Part shown: in pieces, positions 55,414 to 64,000 of the stretch
Layout of the letters: each line of letters begins with the position of its first letter
Position numbering within the stretch: position 1 is the stretch's first letter
Assembly: GCA_031407405.1 (NCBI GenBank)
Contig: JANOIG010000193.1
Coordinates: forward strand, 32,436 to 96,435
Origin: Deltaproteobacteria bacterium
Lineage (GTDB): Bacteria > Myxococcota_A > Polyangia > Polyangiales > Polyangiaceae
Length of the DNA stretch: 64,000 nucleotides
Direction: 5' to 3'
Translations under genes and position numbers: made by a program
Notes under the pieces: model-generated
The model's input: only the letters and a program-made list of their open reading frames with translations
The model's database searches: none
What the model was told of the DNA's origin: nothing

Positions 55414-56574
55414 ATGGCGAGCCACAGCACCAGGAAAGTCGCGCTATTTTGCACTAATTTTCTGCCGAGCTCCCAGGTATTTGTCTACGAGCAGTTGCGC
55501 CAGTATCTCCGCCACGAGGTGGACGTGTTTGCTTGGCGACGTTTCAACGAGCAACGGTTTCCTTTCCCACGCGTCCATTTGGCAGAGGCCTCGTATGTGG
55601 TGCGTGGGAAGAGCCGCCGATTCTCGCGAGCCTTCGCGCAGCGAGGCTACGATTTGGTGCACGCGCATTTTGGCTTGGCCGGCGCGTATGCGCAGCGCTT
55701 TGCAAGCGAAAACGGCCTGCCGCTGCTCGTGACATTCCATGGCTACGACGTCCCGCTCTTGTCGAGCCTGCGTCGGTTCTTACCCTTGAATCTTCCGTAT
55801 GCGCTGGCTGGCCCCGCGATGCTGCGTCGAATGCGCATCGGAATCTGCGCTTCGACAGAATTGAAACACATGCTGATGGGCTTGGGAGTCGACGAATCCA
55901 GGCTCCGTGTGCACCGGCTGGGCATCGACCTCGAGCGGTTTCGTTTCAGCGCTACTCACACGCAGGCACGAGTGATGATGGTGGGACGGCTGGTGGAGAA
56001 GAAGGGCTTCGAGTACGGCCTGCGAGCTTTCGCCCACGCGCTGTCGTTGGGGGGTCGAGCAGAGCTGACGATCGTGGGCGAGGGGAGCCGGATGGGTCAA
56101 TTGAGAAGGCTGACTCGTCAGCTCAAAATTGCCGACCGGGTCAGTTTCGTTGGCAGCCGGACGAACGAAGAGGTTGCAATGATGTTGAGTCAGGCAATAG
56201 TGCTGCTGGCGCCCAGCGTCGTGGCCAGAGATGGCAATCGTGAGTCGGGCCTGATCGTGGTCAAGGAGGCCGCCGCCGCTGGGGCGGTACCGATCGGAAC
56301 ACTGCATGGCGGCATTCCAGATAGCATTGACGACACGGTCAGCGGTTTTCTGGTGCGCGAGAGGGATTGGAAAACCATGGGCGAACGCTTGGCAAGGCTG
56401 CTGCTCGATGAACCGCTACGCTCGTGCATGGCCCGCGCTGCACGCGCGAAGATGGAGCGCGAGTTTGACAATCGAGTGCTCGTAGCTGGCCTGGAGGACA
56501 TCTACGATGAAGTGTGTACCGAGAGCGCCGAGCGCGTCGCGAGCTCTCCGCGGAAGCGGGGAGCCGGCGCCTAG
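55414..56574 (+). CDS. glycosyltransferase family 4 (GT-B, group 1)
   Basis: 'KVALFCTNFLPSSQVFVYEQ', 'MVGRLVEKKGF', and an E-x7-E region 'ESGLIVVKEAAAAGAVPIGT'. Confidence 0.85.
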   Translation: MASHSTRKVALFCTNFLPSSQVFVYEQLRQYLRHEVDVFAWRRFNEQRFPFPRVHLAEASYVVRGKSRRFSRAFAQRGYDLVHAHFGLAGAYAQRFASENGLPLLVTFHGYDVPLLSSLRRFLPLNLPYALAGPAMLRRMRIGICASTELKHMLMGLGVDESRLRVHRLGIDLERFRFSATHTQARVMMVGRLVEKKGFEYGLRAFAHALSLGGRAELTIVGEGSRMGQLRRLTRQLKIADRVSFVGSRTNEEVAMMLSQAIVLLAPSVVARDGNRESGLIVVKEAAAAGAVPIGTLHGGIPDSIDDTVSGFLVRERDWKTMGERLARLLLDEPLRSCMARAARAKMEREFDNRVLVAGLEDIYDEVCTESAERVASSPRKRGAGA

Positions 56575-56582
56575 TATTCGGT

Positions 56583-58385
56583 CTAGGTCTTGTCATCTTC
56601 AGGCGGCAGGACCAGGTCAGGCATCGAAATGTCAGGCGGTTTTTTCAGGATGCGATCCAGGTAGCGCCGCAGAAACAGCGTAAAAGATCGGCGCGCGAGG
56701 TCTTCGTATACATCCCCCGTGCTGCGCTTCTCGTGCTGCATCACTGGGCGAGAAGGGGTGCGCCAGGTGGGTACCGTCATCTTCAGGTGCGAGGTGTCCC
56801 CGGGGATGATGAACACCGTGTCGAAGAAGATGCCTGCGCCCAGGAAGATGCCGCGCGGCTTCGGGTTCACGTAGCCTCCCGAAAGCTCCGTACGATGATC
56901 GATGTATAAGGTCGGCACCGTCGGTTCCGGTAGGTCCGGCGCCTTTTCATCCGGCTCCGGGGAAGGCAGGGCGTCGGCAAGCTCGAAGCGCACAATCTCG
57001 GGCTTGAACAAGCTCTGTAGCGCGGCAATCAGTAGAGGCGCCGCCAGCGCTTCTCGTTGCCGCATCTGTTCGGCACCGAAGTATCGGGACGGGAGGGTAG
57101 AATTTCCCCCGAAGTACGCGCTGAGGCGCACGTGGGTGTCGGCGGCGACGTGGGACCTGCCGAGTTGCGAGCGAAAGCGGATCTCCACCTTGGGGCCATG
57201 CTTTTCGGCATACGCCACCAAGCTTTCGAAGAATCCGGCAGGGTCGCTTTGGCGCGTCCCGTTGGACACCGCCAGTTGTTGAGCCTGTTCGCCGGCGGCT
57301 CGATACACCTCGTGCCGCGCTTCTGCGAGCTCCTTGGCAACGGGCGCATGGCGGGGGTGGTCAGCGGCGAACTGCTCCAGGGCAACTAGCGTCCCAGGCG
57401 CCTTCGCTGTTGCCAGGGCGGTCAGCAGCGCCGCACGGAAGGCCTTGTCCACCTCATCCTGGATTCTGGAATCGGGATGGCTCTGGATGTAGGCCTCGAT
57501 GGCCTTCACTCCACCGACCGCCTTGGCTTCCGCGAGCTCGGCCCGAGGCAGCAAGATGTCCACGATCTCGGGTTGTTGCCCGCCGCGCGCAAGATATTGG
57601 CGATACGCAGCTGTGGTGTCGAGCGAGCGAGCGGTCTCGGCCAGGCGCCGGGCGCTCAGCTTGTTGCGAACCTCCCACACGCCAATGCCTAGCGCCGCGC
57701 CCGACACGACGGCCATGCCGAACAAGGCCGTGGCCCAGAGCGCGGTCGGGCGCTTGAAGGGGACGTCCTGGGAAAAAGGGCTAGGGAAGTTGGTCCGACA
57801 CAAAGGGTCTAGCGCTGCCAGGTGGCGCACGCTGTCTGCTTTGGTCGCCTCGTCGAGCCGCTCCTGGGATTGGGTGACCGCCTCTTTGGCGGCATTGGCC
57901 TGGCTTTGATCTTTGGCTGGGAATTCGAACCTGGATCCATCTCTGAAGATGACATTCAAAGAGGCCGCCGTGGCCTCGACCGTGCTCAGGTCGGCCAGTG
58001 AATGCACGTTGAAGGACGACGACATGGCGTCGACCACCCCCATTGGGAATAGATAGGTGGCACGGGCGAAGGGCAGACTCAGAGCGCGGTCACGAACGCT
58101 CAAACCGCGCGTCAGGCAAGCGAAGCTCAGCGTGAAGCCGAGACAATAAATGGCGGCATGCCAAGTCGAGGCGAGCGCGGCGTGATGACCGAGGTCCCCG
58201 AAGCCCTGAGCTGCATACAATGCCGTTACCCCCAGGGCGACGAGCGAGGCGCCGAACCAACGCGCCCCGACGTAGCGTGAGCCGAGCTTGATTGCGAGTG
58301 GAGCGGGTGCTAGCGACGCTTGTGCGGCCGCAACGAAGCGCTCCTGAACTGGACGGGGCAGATCGTAGAACTCGATCGATTTCAT
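56583..58385 (-). CDS. hypothetical membrane protein, 600 aa, no domain recognised
   Basis: Three TM segments in the N-terminal half ('ASLVALGVTALYAA', 'AAIYCLGFTLSFACL', 'ALWATALFGMAVVSGAALGIGV') followed by a large soluble region. Protein-like composition. Confidence 0.6.
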   Translation of the reverse strand: MKSIEFYDLPRPVQERFVAAAQASLAPAPLAIKLGSRYVGARWFGASLVALGVTALYAAQGFGDLGHHAALASTWHAAIYCLGFTLSFACLTRGLSVRDRALSLPFARATYLFPMGVVDAMSSSFNVHSLADLSTVEATAASLNVIFRDGSRFEFPAKDQSQANAAKEAVTQSQERLDEATKADSVRHLAALDPLCRTNFPSPFSQDVPFKRPTALWATALFGMAVVSGAALGIGVWEVRNKLSARRLAETARSLDTTAAYRQYLARGGQQPEIVDILLPRAELAEAKAVGGVKAIEAYIQSHPDSRIQDEVDKAFRAALLTALATAKAPGTLVALEQFAADHPRHAPVAKELAEARHEVYRAAGEQAQQLAVSNGTRQSDPAGFFESLVAYAEKHGPKVEIRFRSQLGRSHVAADTHVRLSAYFGGNSTLPSRYFGAEQMRQREALAAPLLIAALQSLFKPEIVRFELADALPSPEPDEKAPDLPEPTVPTLYIDHRTELSGGYVNPKPRGIFLGAGIFFDTVFIIPGDTSHLKMTVPTWRTPSRPVMQHEKRSTGDVYEDLARRSFTLFLRRYLDRILKKPPDISMPDLVLPPEDDKT

Positions 58386-58774
58386 TTCTGGACGGGCTCT
58401 CGCCTTCGTTCTCGCGGCCGGATCTTGATCCCCTAGCCTGAAAGCACGGACACCTGGGATTATTTTGAAGTCACCGGCGGAAAAACCAAGCCTTAACGAA
58501 GTTGGTGCACCGCTAAATAGGTTGAACCGTCAGCCCCGCAAGCCCCTCGTGTCGTGAGGGCTTGGTAGGATGAGGTGCGCTACTCGGTAGGGATAGCGGG
58601 AATCGTCCTCCTCGAGCCTTTTGACTCTCAGGGAGTGGGCCGGGGCGCGGCATTCTGGCAGGCTCTGCCGTATGCTGAAACGGCAGGCCGCGCTGTATCG
58701 CTGCCGTGAGATGGAAAGATGAAGAACCACAGCGGATCTTACGGCTGGAGCGCAGAGTGAGCGACGGGGCGGTC

Positions 58775-59632
58775 ATGACCTTGCGCGTGCTCGGCTCCGG
58801 TGCGGCTTTTTCGAGGCGTTACGGTACGACGTGCTCCATGTTGACCCTTCCGGGCGGCGACCGCTGGCTGATCGACTGTGGTCGCCAAGCACCCGAGCAA
58901 CTCGCGAGCGCGGGGTTGAGCTGGCACGATATCGTCGGGCAAGTGATCACACATGTGCATGGGGATCATGTGTACGGCCTCGAGGAGTTCGCCTTTGTTC
59001 GTTATTACATTGGAGGCGACTGCCTGGCTTCAGTGGTGAAAGGAGGCCCGAGGCCCTGCCTCGCGGCGCACAGCGCCGTGCTGGCGGAGCTCTGGGAAGT
59101 GCTCGGGCCTTCCTTGCGCTACCGTTCGAACGTCAATGGCGAGCCGGTCACCGGGCATTTGGCAGACTATTTTGACGTACTGATGCCATCCGACGTGGAG
59201 CCCCCCAGGCAAGCCGCTTGGAATCACGCGGAGGTGTTCAGCGCTCCCGATCTGGCCTTGGTGGTGCGCGAGACGCGTCACGTTTACGGTAAACCGTCGA
59301 CGTCACTGGAGTTTCCACTACCCGGCGCGGGCGGCCGCATCGCCTGGTGGAGCGGAGACTCGGTGGTAGACGCTGAGCTCTTGCGGCGGCTCGCGCCCAA
59401 GACCAGCATTTTCTTCCACGATTGTACATTCACGGAGTTTCCCGGCCAGGTTCATGGGCGCTTCAGTGATTTCGAGAAGCTCGGTCCCGCCCTGCGCGAG
59501 AAAATCGTGCTCATGCACCATGAGGACGACATTGAACAGTACCGTCAGCGGTCGGAGTCCCTTGGCTTCCGTCTGGCGATGCCGGGCGACGTTTACGACT
59601 TGTACAGCGGGGACTGCATTCAGCGTGCCTAG
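58775..59632 (+). CDS. MBL-fold metallo-hydrolase
   Basis: ATG 58775 'MTLRVLGSGAAFS' and 'VITHVHGDHVYGLEEF' (HxHxDH). Confidence 0.75.
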   Translation: MTLRVLGSGAAFSRRYGTTCSMLTLPGGDRWLIDCGRQAPEQLASAGLSWHDIVGQVITHVHGDHVYGLEEFAFVRYYIGGDCLASVVKGGPRPCLAAHSAVLAELWEVLGPSLRYRSNVNGEPVTGHLADYFDVLMPSDVEPPRQAAWNHAEVFSAPDLALVVRETRHVYGKPSTSLEFPLPGAGGRIAWWSGDSVVDAELLRRLAPKTSIFFHDCTFTEFPGQVHGRFSDFEKLGPALREKIVLMHHEDDIEQYRQRSESLGFRLAMPGDVYDLYSGDCIQRA

Positions 59633-59717
59633 CGGGGCATCGTAGCCGGGGGCCGCGACGCTTTTCGGGGATTGGAGATGGCGCGCGGAGCTGGGTGCTC
59701 TATGTTCCAAGCCGGCC

Positions 59718-60494
59718 ATGCTGGATAACGGCTATTTTCGGGTGGGTCGCCTGGTAGGGGTGGAGCTCAGGTTTCACTGGAGCGTGCCCGTCGGAGCGTT
59801 AGTCTTCGGCAGCTTGCGCTTTGAGCCTGTGCTGTGGCTGGCATTCATGGGCGTCATCTTGGTGCACGAGCTGGGTCACGCGGCTCTCGTGAAAAGCTTG
59901 GGGTTTCGGGTCGTCGCGATTGACCTCACTGGCTTTGGCGGCCAGTGCCGTTGGCGTGGCTCCGCCAACTCGCTGGAGCACGCCTGGGTCGCTTGGGGCG
60001 GAGTGCTGGCACAAGCCGGCCTGCTGGTGTCGACCCTGCTGGTGGTGGCCCTCTCGGGGGCGCCGGAGAGCGGCTGGGGGCTGCTGGTCAGCTACGGGTT
60101 CATCAACATCAACCTGTGGATCATCGCCATGAATCTCTTGCCCTTTCCGCCTCTGGACGGGGCGCGGGCATGGAGTTTGTTCCGCGAGCTGAAGCTCGCC
60201 GGGTGGACTCCCAGGCAGGCGTCGTTCAGGCTGCTAAAGCGCTGGGCCGAGCGGCGCCGCCAGGCCCGCCAGGGCAAGCCCGATTCGGCGGCGAAGGGTG
60301 CTGGGCCAACAGCCGAACCGCGAGGGTCGCACAAGCGGGCGTCGGACCGCGCAGCCACGGTGCAGCCAAGCGACGTCCTCGCCCCGTCCGACGAGCAGCC
60401 GCCTTCCAAGCCGAGTGCCCAGGCCCAGCGCGAATTGGCCGCCCTGCTCGAACGCATTGCGGATGAAGCCGGGAAGGCCAAACGACGGCGCTGA
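59718..60494 (+). CDS. M50 (site-2 protease-like) membrane metalloprotease with basic C-terminal tail
   Basis: 'VILVHELGHAALV' (HExxH) and 'NLLPFPPLDG' (NxxPxxxLDG). There are 4 or more TM segments. Confidence 0.75.
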   Translation: MLDNGYFRVGRLVGVELRFHWSVPVGALVFGSLRFEPVLWLAFMGVILVHELGHAALVKSLGFRVVAIDLTGFGGQCRWRGSANSLEHAWVAWGGVLAQAGLLVSTLLVVALSGAPESGWGLLVSYGFININLWIIAMNLLPFPPLDGARAWSLFRELKLAGWTPRQASFRLLKRWAERRRQARQGKPDSAAKGAGPTAEPRGSHKRASDRAATVQPSDVLAPSDEQPPSKPSAQAQRELAALLERIADEAGKAKRRR

Positions 60495-60624
60495 GTCCGA
60501 TCCGGCCCCCGCCACTAGGCCGGTGCGGGTCTCGAAATCCCTACCCGAAGGTCCGTGTTTCGCTGCAAACTCCCCGCGGCCGCGTCCAACGGCTGAGGCG
60601 TTTTTCGATTACGGAGACCTTTGA

Positions 60625-61842
60625 ATGAATCTGAACAAGCTGTCCATTGCTGAGCTGAAACTTGCCGGCAAGCGCGCGCTCATTCGCGTCGACTTCAACG
60701 TGCCGATGAAGGACGGCAAGGTCACCAATACCTCTCGCATCGACGCGGCACTGCCCACCATCAAGTACGCGCTCGATCAGGGCGCATCGGTGGTACTGAT
60801 GAGCCACCTGGGGCGGCCAGATGGCAAGCCCGACCCGGAGTATTCCCTCGAGCCCATCGCGCGAGTGTTGGACGAGAAGCTCGGGCTCAAGGTGCGTTTT
60901 CTCCCGGATTGCGTTGGACCCGAGATTGAGCGTGCTTGCTCGGATCTGGCTCCGGGCAGCGTCGTTCTGCTGGAGAATCTGCGGTACCATGCCGAAGAAG
61001 AAGGCAAGGGGGCGACCCCAGCGCAGGTCACTGCTTTCCGCGCGTCGCTCACCAAATTGGGAGACGTGTATGTCAACGATGCATTCGGCACCGCGCACCG
61101 AGCGCACGCTTCGATGGTAGGAGTGACTCTCCCTGAGCGCGCCGCCGGCTTTTTGATGCAGAAGGAGCTCGAGTACTTTGGGAAGGCGCTGTCCAGCCCG
61201 GAGCGGCCGTTCCTGGCCATTTTGGGTGGGGCAAAGGTCAAAGACAAGATTCAGTTGATTGAGACTCTGCTGGACAAGGTGGACGCCATGATTCTGGGCG
61301 GTGGCATGGCCTACACCTTCAAGAAGGTCGTCGATGGCATGGCCATCGGTGGCAGCCTCTTCGACGCTGAAGGCGCCAAGATCGTCGAGAAGCTGGTGGC
61401 GAAAGCCACGCAGCGTGGCGTGGCGTTGCATTTCCCTGTGGACTACGTCATCGCCGACGCGTTCTCTGAAGATGCAAATGTTGCCGCGGCCACCGACGCC
61501 ACCGGCATCAAGGACGGTTGGCAAGGTCTGGATTGTGGTCCAGCGTCACAGAAGCTCTTCAGAGACGTGATTCGAAGCGCAAAGACGTTGGTCTGGAATG
61601 GTCCGATGGGCGTGTTCGAGATGGAGCGCTTTTCGGCGGGAACTCGGGCAGTTGCAGCGGCGGTCGCCGAATCGACCGCCGCGGGGGCCACCACCATCAT
61701 CGGCGGAGGAGATACCGCGACGGCTGCCATGGACTACGGCATCGAGGACAAGGTTAGCCACGTTTCGACAGGGGGCGGTGCCTCGCTGGAGTTGCTCGAA
61801 GGAAAAAACCTGCCGGGCGTCGCTGCGCTGAGCGATCGCTGA
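60625..61842 (+). CDS. pgk: phosphoglycerate kinase
   Basis: '[15 protein letters not shown]', 'SHLGRPDG', '[11 protein letters not shown]', 'GGGDTA'. Full-length at 405 aa. Confidence 0.95.
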   Translation: MNLNKLSIAELKLAGKRALIRVDFNVPMKDGKVTNTSRIDAALPTIKYALDQGASVVLMSHLGRPDGKPDPEYSLEPIARVLDEKLGLKVRFLPDCVGPEIERACSDLAPGSVVLLENLRYHAEEEGKGATPAQVTAFRASLTKLGDVYVNDAFGTAHRAHASMVGVTLPERAAGFLMQKELEYFGKALSSPERPFLAILGGAKVKDKIQLIETLLDKVDAMILGGGMAYTFKKVVDGMAIGGSLFDAEGAKIVEKLVAKATQRGVALHFPVDYVIADAFSEDANVAAATDATGIKDGWQGLDCGPASQKLFRDVIRSAKTLVWNGPMGVFEMERFSAGTRAVAAAVAESTAAGATTIIGGGDTATAAMDYGIEDKVSHVSTGGGASLELLEGKNLPGVAALSDR

Positions 61843-61859
61843 ACCAAAACTCGCACTGC

Positions 61860-61898
61860 GGGTTGCCCGCCCCCCTTTAGTGAGGGGCGGGACAACCC
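61860..61898 (+). terminator. candidate intrinsic terminator after pgk
   Basis: GC-rich 14-bp stem 'gggttgcccgcccc'/'ggggcgggacaaccc' (1-nt bulge), followed by 'ttcgtcgttgtg'. Confidence 0.5.
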
Positions 61899-62093
61899 TT
61901 CGTCGTTGTGGAGGTTTGTTCGACGCTCTCCTTGTTCTAGGGGGTTTTCCAAACCCCCTCCCCGCGGGGCGGGGCCCCTCCCCATAGGAACACTGCGTGT
62001 TTGCGGCCCCGGAGCTCCGTGGCTCTAGTCAAGAAGGGGAACACTTTCGTGTTGGAAGCCCGGCGGAGCTTTACGTCGCGTCGTAGACCGCGT

Positions 62094-63164
62094 CTAGAAC
62101 AGGTGGCCTTGGCGTTCTTTGGCTTCGTAGGGGATGCCGAGGTGTTCGTAGGCTTTGCGGGTGGCGATGCGGCCCCGGGGTGTTCGGCCGAGGTAGCCTT
62201 GTTGCAGTAGGTAGGGCTCGTAGACGTCCTCGATCGTGTCTCTTGGCTCGGCTAGAGCGGCGGCCAGCGTCTCTACGCCGACGGGGCCGCCCTGGTAGGT
62301 TTCGATCAACAGGCTGAGCAGGCGACGGTCCATCTCATCCAACCCACTCGGGTCCACTGCCAGCCGCTCGCAGGTGTGGCGAACGATGCTGGCGTCGATG
62401 ATGCCGCGGCCTTCGACCTCTGCGAAGTCTCGCACGCGGCGTAGCAGGCGATTGGCGATGCGTGGCGTGCCGCGTGAGCGCGCCGCCAGCTCGCGTGCAC
62501 CCGCGCTCTCACACTCGATTTCCATGAGCGCCGCGCTGCGCGAAACGATTTTCTGGAGGTCGTCCACCGAATAGAAGTCCAGGCGCAATGTGACGCCGAA
62601 CCGCTCGTGCAGTGGCTTGGTGAGCAGACCCGCGCGTGTCGTAGCCCCGACCAGTGTGAACGGGCGCACATCGACCGAAATGCTTTCGGCGAAGGGACCA
62701 TCGCCGGTGACCACGTCGACGCGAAAGTCTTCGATCGCGGGGTAGAGCGCTTCTTCCACGGGCGCGCTCAAGCGATGGATTTCATCTATGAAAAGCACGT
62801 CACCGCGCTCGAGCCGCGTCAACTGTCCGGTCAGTGCTCCTTTGTGATCGATGGCCGGACCGCTCGTGACGTGAAGCGTGACGCCCATCTCGCGCGCGAG
62901 AATGTAGGCCAGCGTCGTCTTACCCAGGCCGGGTGGGCCGCACAAAAGTATGTGATCTAACGGTTCACCCCGTTGCTTGGCGGCTTGAACATAAACCTCG
63001 AGATTCTTTTTGTGGTTCGGCTGCCCAATGAAATCCGCGAGCCGCTGTGGTCGGAACAAGCGATCAAAGCGCGCCTCATCCGGCAATTGCTCGGCCGCCA
63101 GCTCCCGGTCGGCGCTGCCGGCCGATGGTGTTGGGGTCCTCGTGGGAGATTTTCGCGCTGCCAT
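62094..63164 (-). CDS. ruvB: Holliday junction branch migration helicase RuvB
   Basis: Walker A '[11 protein letters not shown]', Walker B '[10 protein letters not shown]', and 'RTPRGR' near the C-terminus. Confidence 0.95.
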   Translation of the reverse strand: MAARKSPTRTPTPSAGSADRELAAEQLPDEARFDRLFRPQRLADFIGQPNHKKNLEVYVQAAKQRGEPLDHILLCGPPGLGKTTLAYILAREMGVTLHVTSGPAIDHKGALTGQLTRLERGDVLFIDEIHRLSAPVEEALYPAIEDFRVDVVTGDGPFAESISVDVRPFTLVGATTRAGLLTKPLHERFGVTLRLDFYSVDDLQKIVSRSAALMEIECESAGARELAARSRGTPRIANRLLRRVRDFAEVEGRGIIDASIVRHTCERLAVDPSGLDEMDRRLLSLLIETYQGGPVGVETLAAALAEPRDTIEDVYEPYLLQQGYLGRTPRGRIATRKAYEHLGIPYEAKERQGHLF

Positions 63165-63189
63165 CGGCTGGTTCTAGGGGTACACCGGG

Positions 63190-63237
63190 CTAGTGCCTCG
63201 ATTCTACTGAATCGATGGCACAAAATGAAATTGAGGT
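63190..63237 (+). repeat. Copy B of the ~48-nt hairpin element (26-73 nt upstream of the ruvB ATG)
   Basis: 'ctagtgcctcgattctactgaatcgatggcacaaaatgaaattgaggt'. Hairpin arms are 63193-63204 and 63209-63221. Confidence 0.85.
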
Positions 63238-63365
63238 GGCCGAATCACAGCCATGCAAGCTGAGGTTTTTCGAGGCCCTCGTCCCATCGAGGGCCTTGAA
63301 ATACCCATCGCTCCAATGGATTCGGCGTACTAGCGAAGACTCGCAAGGCCGGCGGACCCCGACTG

Positions 63366-64000
63366 TCAAGGACGGGGCGGTTTGGGGTTTGGGAATCGGC
63401 CGACGTCGGCGTTCAAAGCGGCATTCGCCGTTTCTACGTCGTCCGGCAGGGGAGGGCCGGGCCGCTCGGTGTCCGGGGCTGTGTCGGTGTCGGAGCGGGG
63501 GGGCGGCTCGGTATCGAACACTGTTTCCGGAGGCGCCGCCGCTGGCCGCTCGGTATCGGGCCCCAACTCCTCAGCCGTCTCGTGCGGGTCTGGAGGTGCT
63601 GGGCGCTCGGTATCGGGCACGGCATCTTCGTGGCTGTCGCTGGTTCTAGGACGACTGAAGGCATGGCGGTACTCGAGCGCCGCCGAGTCCGGCGGCTTGG
63701 CAGCACTGGCCACTCCCGAAGCGGTGGGGAGTATGATGCAAAACATGGCGCCCTTGTGCCGTCGATCCACCACGTGCACCGACCCGCCATGCAACTTCAC
63801 CACTGAATTTGCCAACTGCAGCGCGAGCGCAAGCCCGCGATGCTCTCGTTTTGCGAGGCCGCCGGCGGGGTCGAGCATCTGCTGAAGGTCTGCGGCCGAG
63901 TGGAGGTGAGCGGGTACATCGACATCGATGCGTACATGGTGAGCCCCATGCCTTTCAGCTCGCACCCACATCTTGCCGGCGTCAGTAGCGCGGACGGAGT
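63366..64000 (-). CDS. histidine-kinase-like ATPase C-terminal fragment with PDTERP-repeat tail (N-terminus beyond window)
   Basis: The frame stays open to nt 64000. 'RGLALALQLANSVVKLHGGSVHVVDRRHKGAMFCIILP' resembles the G2-box end of HATPase_c. The tail carries 3 PDTERP copies plus one degenerate FDTEPP. Confidence 0.6.
   Translation of the reverse strand, partial: SVRATDAGKMWVRAERHGAHHVRIDVDVPAHLHSAADLQQMLDPAGGLAKREHRGLALALQLANSVVKLHGGSVHVVDRRHKGAMFCIILPTASGVASAAKPPDSAALEYRHAFSRPRTSDSHEDAVPDTERPAPPDPHETAEELGPDTERPAAAPPETVFDTEPPPRSDTDTAPDTERPGPPLPDDVETANAALNADVGRFPNPKPPRP

Overview
This is a visibly GC-rich bacterial chromosomal segment; I did not compute the GC content. The gene content looks Myxococcota-like: paired eukaryote-like Ser/Thr kinases, PEGA/TPR proteins, vWA lipoproteins with Cys-rich modules, and a MYXO-CTERM-like sorting tail. 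I support about 49 protein-coding genes. Housekeeping genes (argS, truD, gor, tsaC/sua5, glyQS, tyrS, pepA-type M17 peptidase, pgk, ruvB, an APS-reductase-type cysH) are interleaved with envelope, secreted and signalling genes. I found no rRNA, tRNA, CRISPR array, transposase, integrase or prophage signature, so this reads as core chromosome rather than an accessory island. I see no convincing novel multi-gene system such as a defence island. The observations most worth a second look are:
- a strongly SD-led 108-aa lipoprotein whose C-terminus is a duplicated NECKGxGGC cysteine module (28069-28395);
- a ~48-nt, near-identical hairpin-containing intergenic element present twice, 56 kb apart (7148-7194 and 63190-63237), the second copy just upstream of ruvB;
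- a four-gene minus-strand operon joining an unknown 480-aa protein, a Cys-rich lipoprotein, a hybrid histidine kinase and a vWA lipoprotein, which has an inverted paralog 9 kb away;
- an APS reductase fused to an N-terminal CxxC thioredoxin-fold domain;
- a translationally coupled PhzF / M20 peptidase / GT-A-like operon.
Many long antisense ORFs in the supplied track are GC-driven artefacts and were rejected. All homology calls come from motif recognition by eye; no database search was run.
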